Under the pieces are notes generated by a model. The model saw only the letters and a program-made list of their open reading frames with translations. It was not told the origin of the DNA and did no database searches. Below are positions 61,401 to 64,000 of a DNA stretch of 64,000 nucleotides, one piece after another. Every line of letters begins with the position of its first letter. Position 1 is the stretch's first letter. The translations under genes and the position numbers were made by a program. This DNA comes from Lophium mytilinum (Eukaryota): positions 1,565,566 through 1,629,565 of the forward strand of contig MU004195.1 of NCBI GenBank assembly GCA_010093605.1, in the 5' to 3' direction.

Positions 61401-62224
61401 TCAACTTTAAAGACGAGTTCCTTCATATATCCTTTTGGTCGCTCTTTATCTGGGAAGATAAAAGTTGAGGAAGCTTTACTTCGTGTGATACACAGATATG
61501 CTCCCACGTGCTTGCTAGAAAGGGATGCTCTAGGTGTGACTTTCCAGTTCTCTTTCTTTTGCTCCTCATACAAAGCGCATCGGTTTGTCTTTTCTTCTGA
61601 GTATAATCGCTTTCATTACCTCCGTTATTCTAGATGCATGCCCACACCCCGATAGGCTGTTAACAAAACTGAATACGACGTGAAGGCCAATGTAGTGGAG
61701 ATTATACTGCCTTTCGACGAAGATACCATCTGCGTCCGGGGGCACTTCTTACAGGGGCCTCCATCAAGCAAGAATGAAGGTGGAGCAGTGATATATCTAC
61801 GTGCCTAGATGTATAACCTAGCCAACGTAAGTATTTTCCAGCAGCAGACTGCTGGGACATATTCTCTTATTTCTGAAATTGGATGTCCGCATCTCACTCT
61901 CTTCAAGAAAAGAGTCCGCATTTCCACGTCAAGATTGAGCGGACACGAGCGGAGTTCATGATACTTCGTATATTGACTGAGGTTTTCTTGGTCCTGTTAC
62001 TTGGGAGATCCTTTCCTGAGTGACTAGAGAGTAACTCGCGGAGAGCCATAAGGATTACGTTTCGAATATTCGGTATTAGAACGGCAGGTGGTTCGAGATG
62101 TCTCGTGGCCACTTCGGGTCCCCATGGATTATCGTTTACTCGACCTACAAGGACTAGCGCACTTACTGGCGAGGTATCGCTCCGCACCTGCAGTCGGATA
62201 TTCACCAGAAAGATGTTGCACTAG

Positions 62225-62232
62225 TATATAAA
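62225..62232 (+). promoter_or_regulatory. TATA box of the downstream F-box-like gene
   Basis: TATATAAA about 100 nt upstream of ATG 62330. Confidence 0.5.
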
Positions 62233-62329
62233 TACCTACTTGCATGCGTGTAGCATCCACCACCTTTCCTTATCTCCACACCACTTCCCAACCACCAACA
62301 ACCCGAAATCCCGTCAGGAAGTACCCACT

Positions 62330-63787
62330 ATGGCGACTTCCAGACCAAGTGCCTGGGGCAATCGCAAAACCCAGCTAACATTCGCACAAGTCCTGAATGG
62401 ACAGGTGCCAGCGTCAACAAGGAAGGAGACTCAGGAAGACAATGATGTCGACTTGAAGAGGGCTATCGAAGACGAGCTCAATGCTTTCAACTGGCAAGAC
62501 TTCTCGCATTCCCTCAATAGTGTTGAAATATCCCGGGTCCCAAATGTCATCCAAGCGGCGAGGAGGACTTTTTTTTACCTGGAAGGTCCGAAGGAGCAGT
62601 GGCAGCGATACAAGGGCTATCTGTCCTTGTCTTATCGGGAGGCGCCTTGGGAAGAGAGGTGGCAGGAATATGCGGGCCAGGAATACACAAGTACAAAGCT
62701 CACAGAGCTTTGGGGCAAGGCGGTTCCATTGCAGCTCTCGGACGTTTCGACTACTGGAGAACGTATCGTGGAGGCCCGCCTAGAAGGGAAGTGGATACCG
62801 CTCCGAGAAATTCTAAGTAACCGCCCCATTGTCAATTTTGCGCTGCGTCCCAGCGTGGAGGGGTATCGCCAACTCTCAAATTGGTGGGACAAGAACGGCA
62901 AGAAGTTTGACTTCTTAGCTCTCCCTGGTGAAATCCGGAATGCAGTCTACGAGGAATTGGTTAAAGGGCCAGCATACCCGTACCAGTGGACACACCAGGG
63001 GTTTATGCCTCGCTGGAAGGAACTGGGAGCTTCCAAGGGCTTGCTCAAGAACAGCGAATTGGGTCCGATGGGGACTATAGTGCGTACCGGAGAAAATGCA
63101 GGCGGTCTCTCAAGTCTCGGATACGAAGTGCTGAATGGAGCCGGCAGCCCATTTGGACTACTCCTCGTCAACAAACAAGTCAACGCTGAACTCAATCCTA
63201 TTTTGTGGAAGAGCATGGAGTTCCGATTCAATTGCGAAGAGAGTAGGCTGGCGCGCTTCACGAGCTCCGTATCTTCGATCAATCGGGATACCCTTCAGAG
63301 AATGACTATTCATGGCGCACCTGAGAACATCAAGGCAGTTCTCTTTCATGCACGTAAAGCTCTTCCGAAATTTAGTACGTCTATGCAGCTGGAGGTTCGA
63401 CTGCCGCACCGACGGCAGTATGGTTATTCCTGGGACAGTGGAGGCGATTGGAGGTATCGATCATCGTGCTGGCGAAGGAAAATCGGACTGATGCTGCTGG
63501 GAATGGAGAACGTGTTTGCCCATTTCGACACTGGCAACGTGAAGCTTGCGGGCTGCATCAACCCAGACATCCGTACCAAGTTTCTCCAGTACGTTGAAGA
63601 TATCAAGCACGCACGCGAATCAGAGATCCTTGAGGTGGACATCTATGAAAAATGCAGAGAATTTGGACATTCGACTAGAGTGTGTTCTGAGTCATACACG
63701 CAGGCATGTGTGGATAATTGGTGTGTTTGCCAGGGAGTACCGCTTCCCGAAGATTACGATTCGAGACTACGGTCCCAAGGCTATTAG
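62330..63787 (+). CDS. F-box-like protein with Cys-rich C-terminus
   Basis: Internal FDFLALPGEIRNAVYEELV and LLLVNKQVNAE motifs; single exon; first ATG at 62330. Confidence 0.75.
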   Translation: MATSRPSAWGNRKTQLTFAQVLNGQVPASTRKETQEDNDVDLKRAIEDELNAFNWQDFSHSLNSVEISRVPNVIQAARRTFFYLEGPKEQWQRYKGYLSLSYREAPWEERWQEYAGQEYTSTKLTELWGKAVPLQLSDVSTTGERIVEARLEGKWIPLREILSNRPIVNFALRPSVEGYRQLSNWWDKNGKKFDFLALPGEIRNAVYEELVKGPAYPYQWTHQGFMPRWKELGASKGLLKNSELGPMGTIVRTGENAGGLSSLGYEVLNGAGSPFGLLLVNKQVNAELNPILWKSMEFRFNCEESRLARFTSSVSSINRDTLQRMTIHGAPENIKAVLFHARKALPKFSTSMQLEVRLPHRRQYGYSWDSGGDWRYRSSCWRRKIGLMLLGMENVFAHFDTGNVKLAGCINPDIRTKFLQYVEDIKHARESEILEVDIYEKCREFGHSTRVCSESYTQACVDNWCVCQGVPLPEDYDSRLRSQGY

Positions 63788-64000
63788 GGAGCGTTTCAGA
63801 TCCGTGAAGGATGGATACCGCACCTCAATTACCTTACAGTCCTATGTCATAAGTCTGGGCACACGGATTTAGTTTTTCTTGGCTTGAACCTTGCTCGCTC
63901 AACAGCACTGGAGTGGAAACTTAGTTATTGAGTAGCTGGTTAGCAAGAAATAGTCCAATTTGCACTACCTGAAACGCGGCATCGGTCTTGGGCTCTCCAA

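Noticed and set aside
1..64000. CRISPR arrays, rRNA, intact transposase/RT genes or a complete secondary-metabolite cluster
   Set aside because: None seen. The sequence is eukaryotic, and the NRPS-like gene has no adjacent tailoring genes within the window.

Overview
Gene-dense, intron-containing genomic DNA from a filamentous ascomycete (Pezizomycotina; GT-AG introns with CTRAC branch points). The housekeeping backbone is alpha-tubulin, PGA1, SEY1, a Pumilio protein, a secreted alpha/beta-hydrolase, a TPT-family transporter, an MCT-type MFS transporter, ATP15, MAK10, PRE5, VPS55, VPS68, LOC1, an EHT1-like esterase and SCC4. It is interleaved with accessory or immunity-type genes: an NRPS-like A-T-R reductase, three F-box-like genes, a HET-domain gene, a DUF2235/Tle1 phospholipase-GTPase fusion, a heme-thiolate peroxygenase, two orphan membrane proteins and a NACHT/NLR gene. 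Several decayed gene relics and TpA-rich RIP-like patches are also present. The most interesting observations are: (1) the head-to-head HET and Tle1-phospholipase-GTPase pair, a candidate fungal immune or cell-death module; (2) a double-F-box ORF whose first in-frame ATG lies 4 nt after the PGA1 stop, a candidate dicistronic or reinitiation unit; (3) adjacency of VPS55 and VPS68, which are partners in one complex; (4) a long RNA hairpin in a MAK10 intron that sequesters both splice sites of a potential in-frame 57-nt cassette exon; (5) two relics 38 kb apart sharing a 60-bp C-terminal motif. All assignments come from motif recognition by eye; no database search was run.
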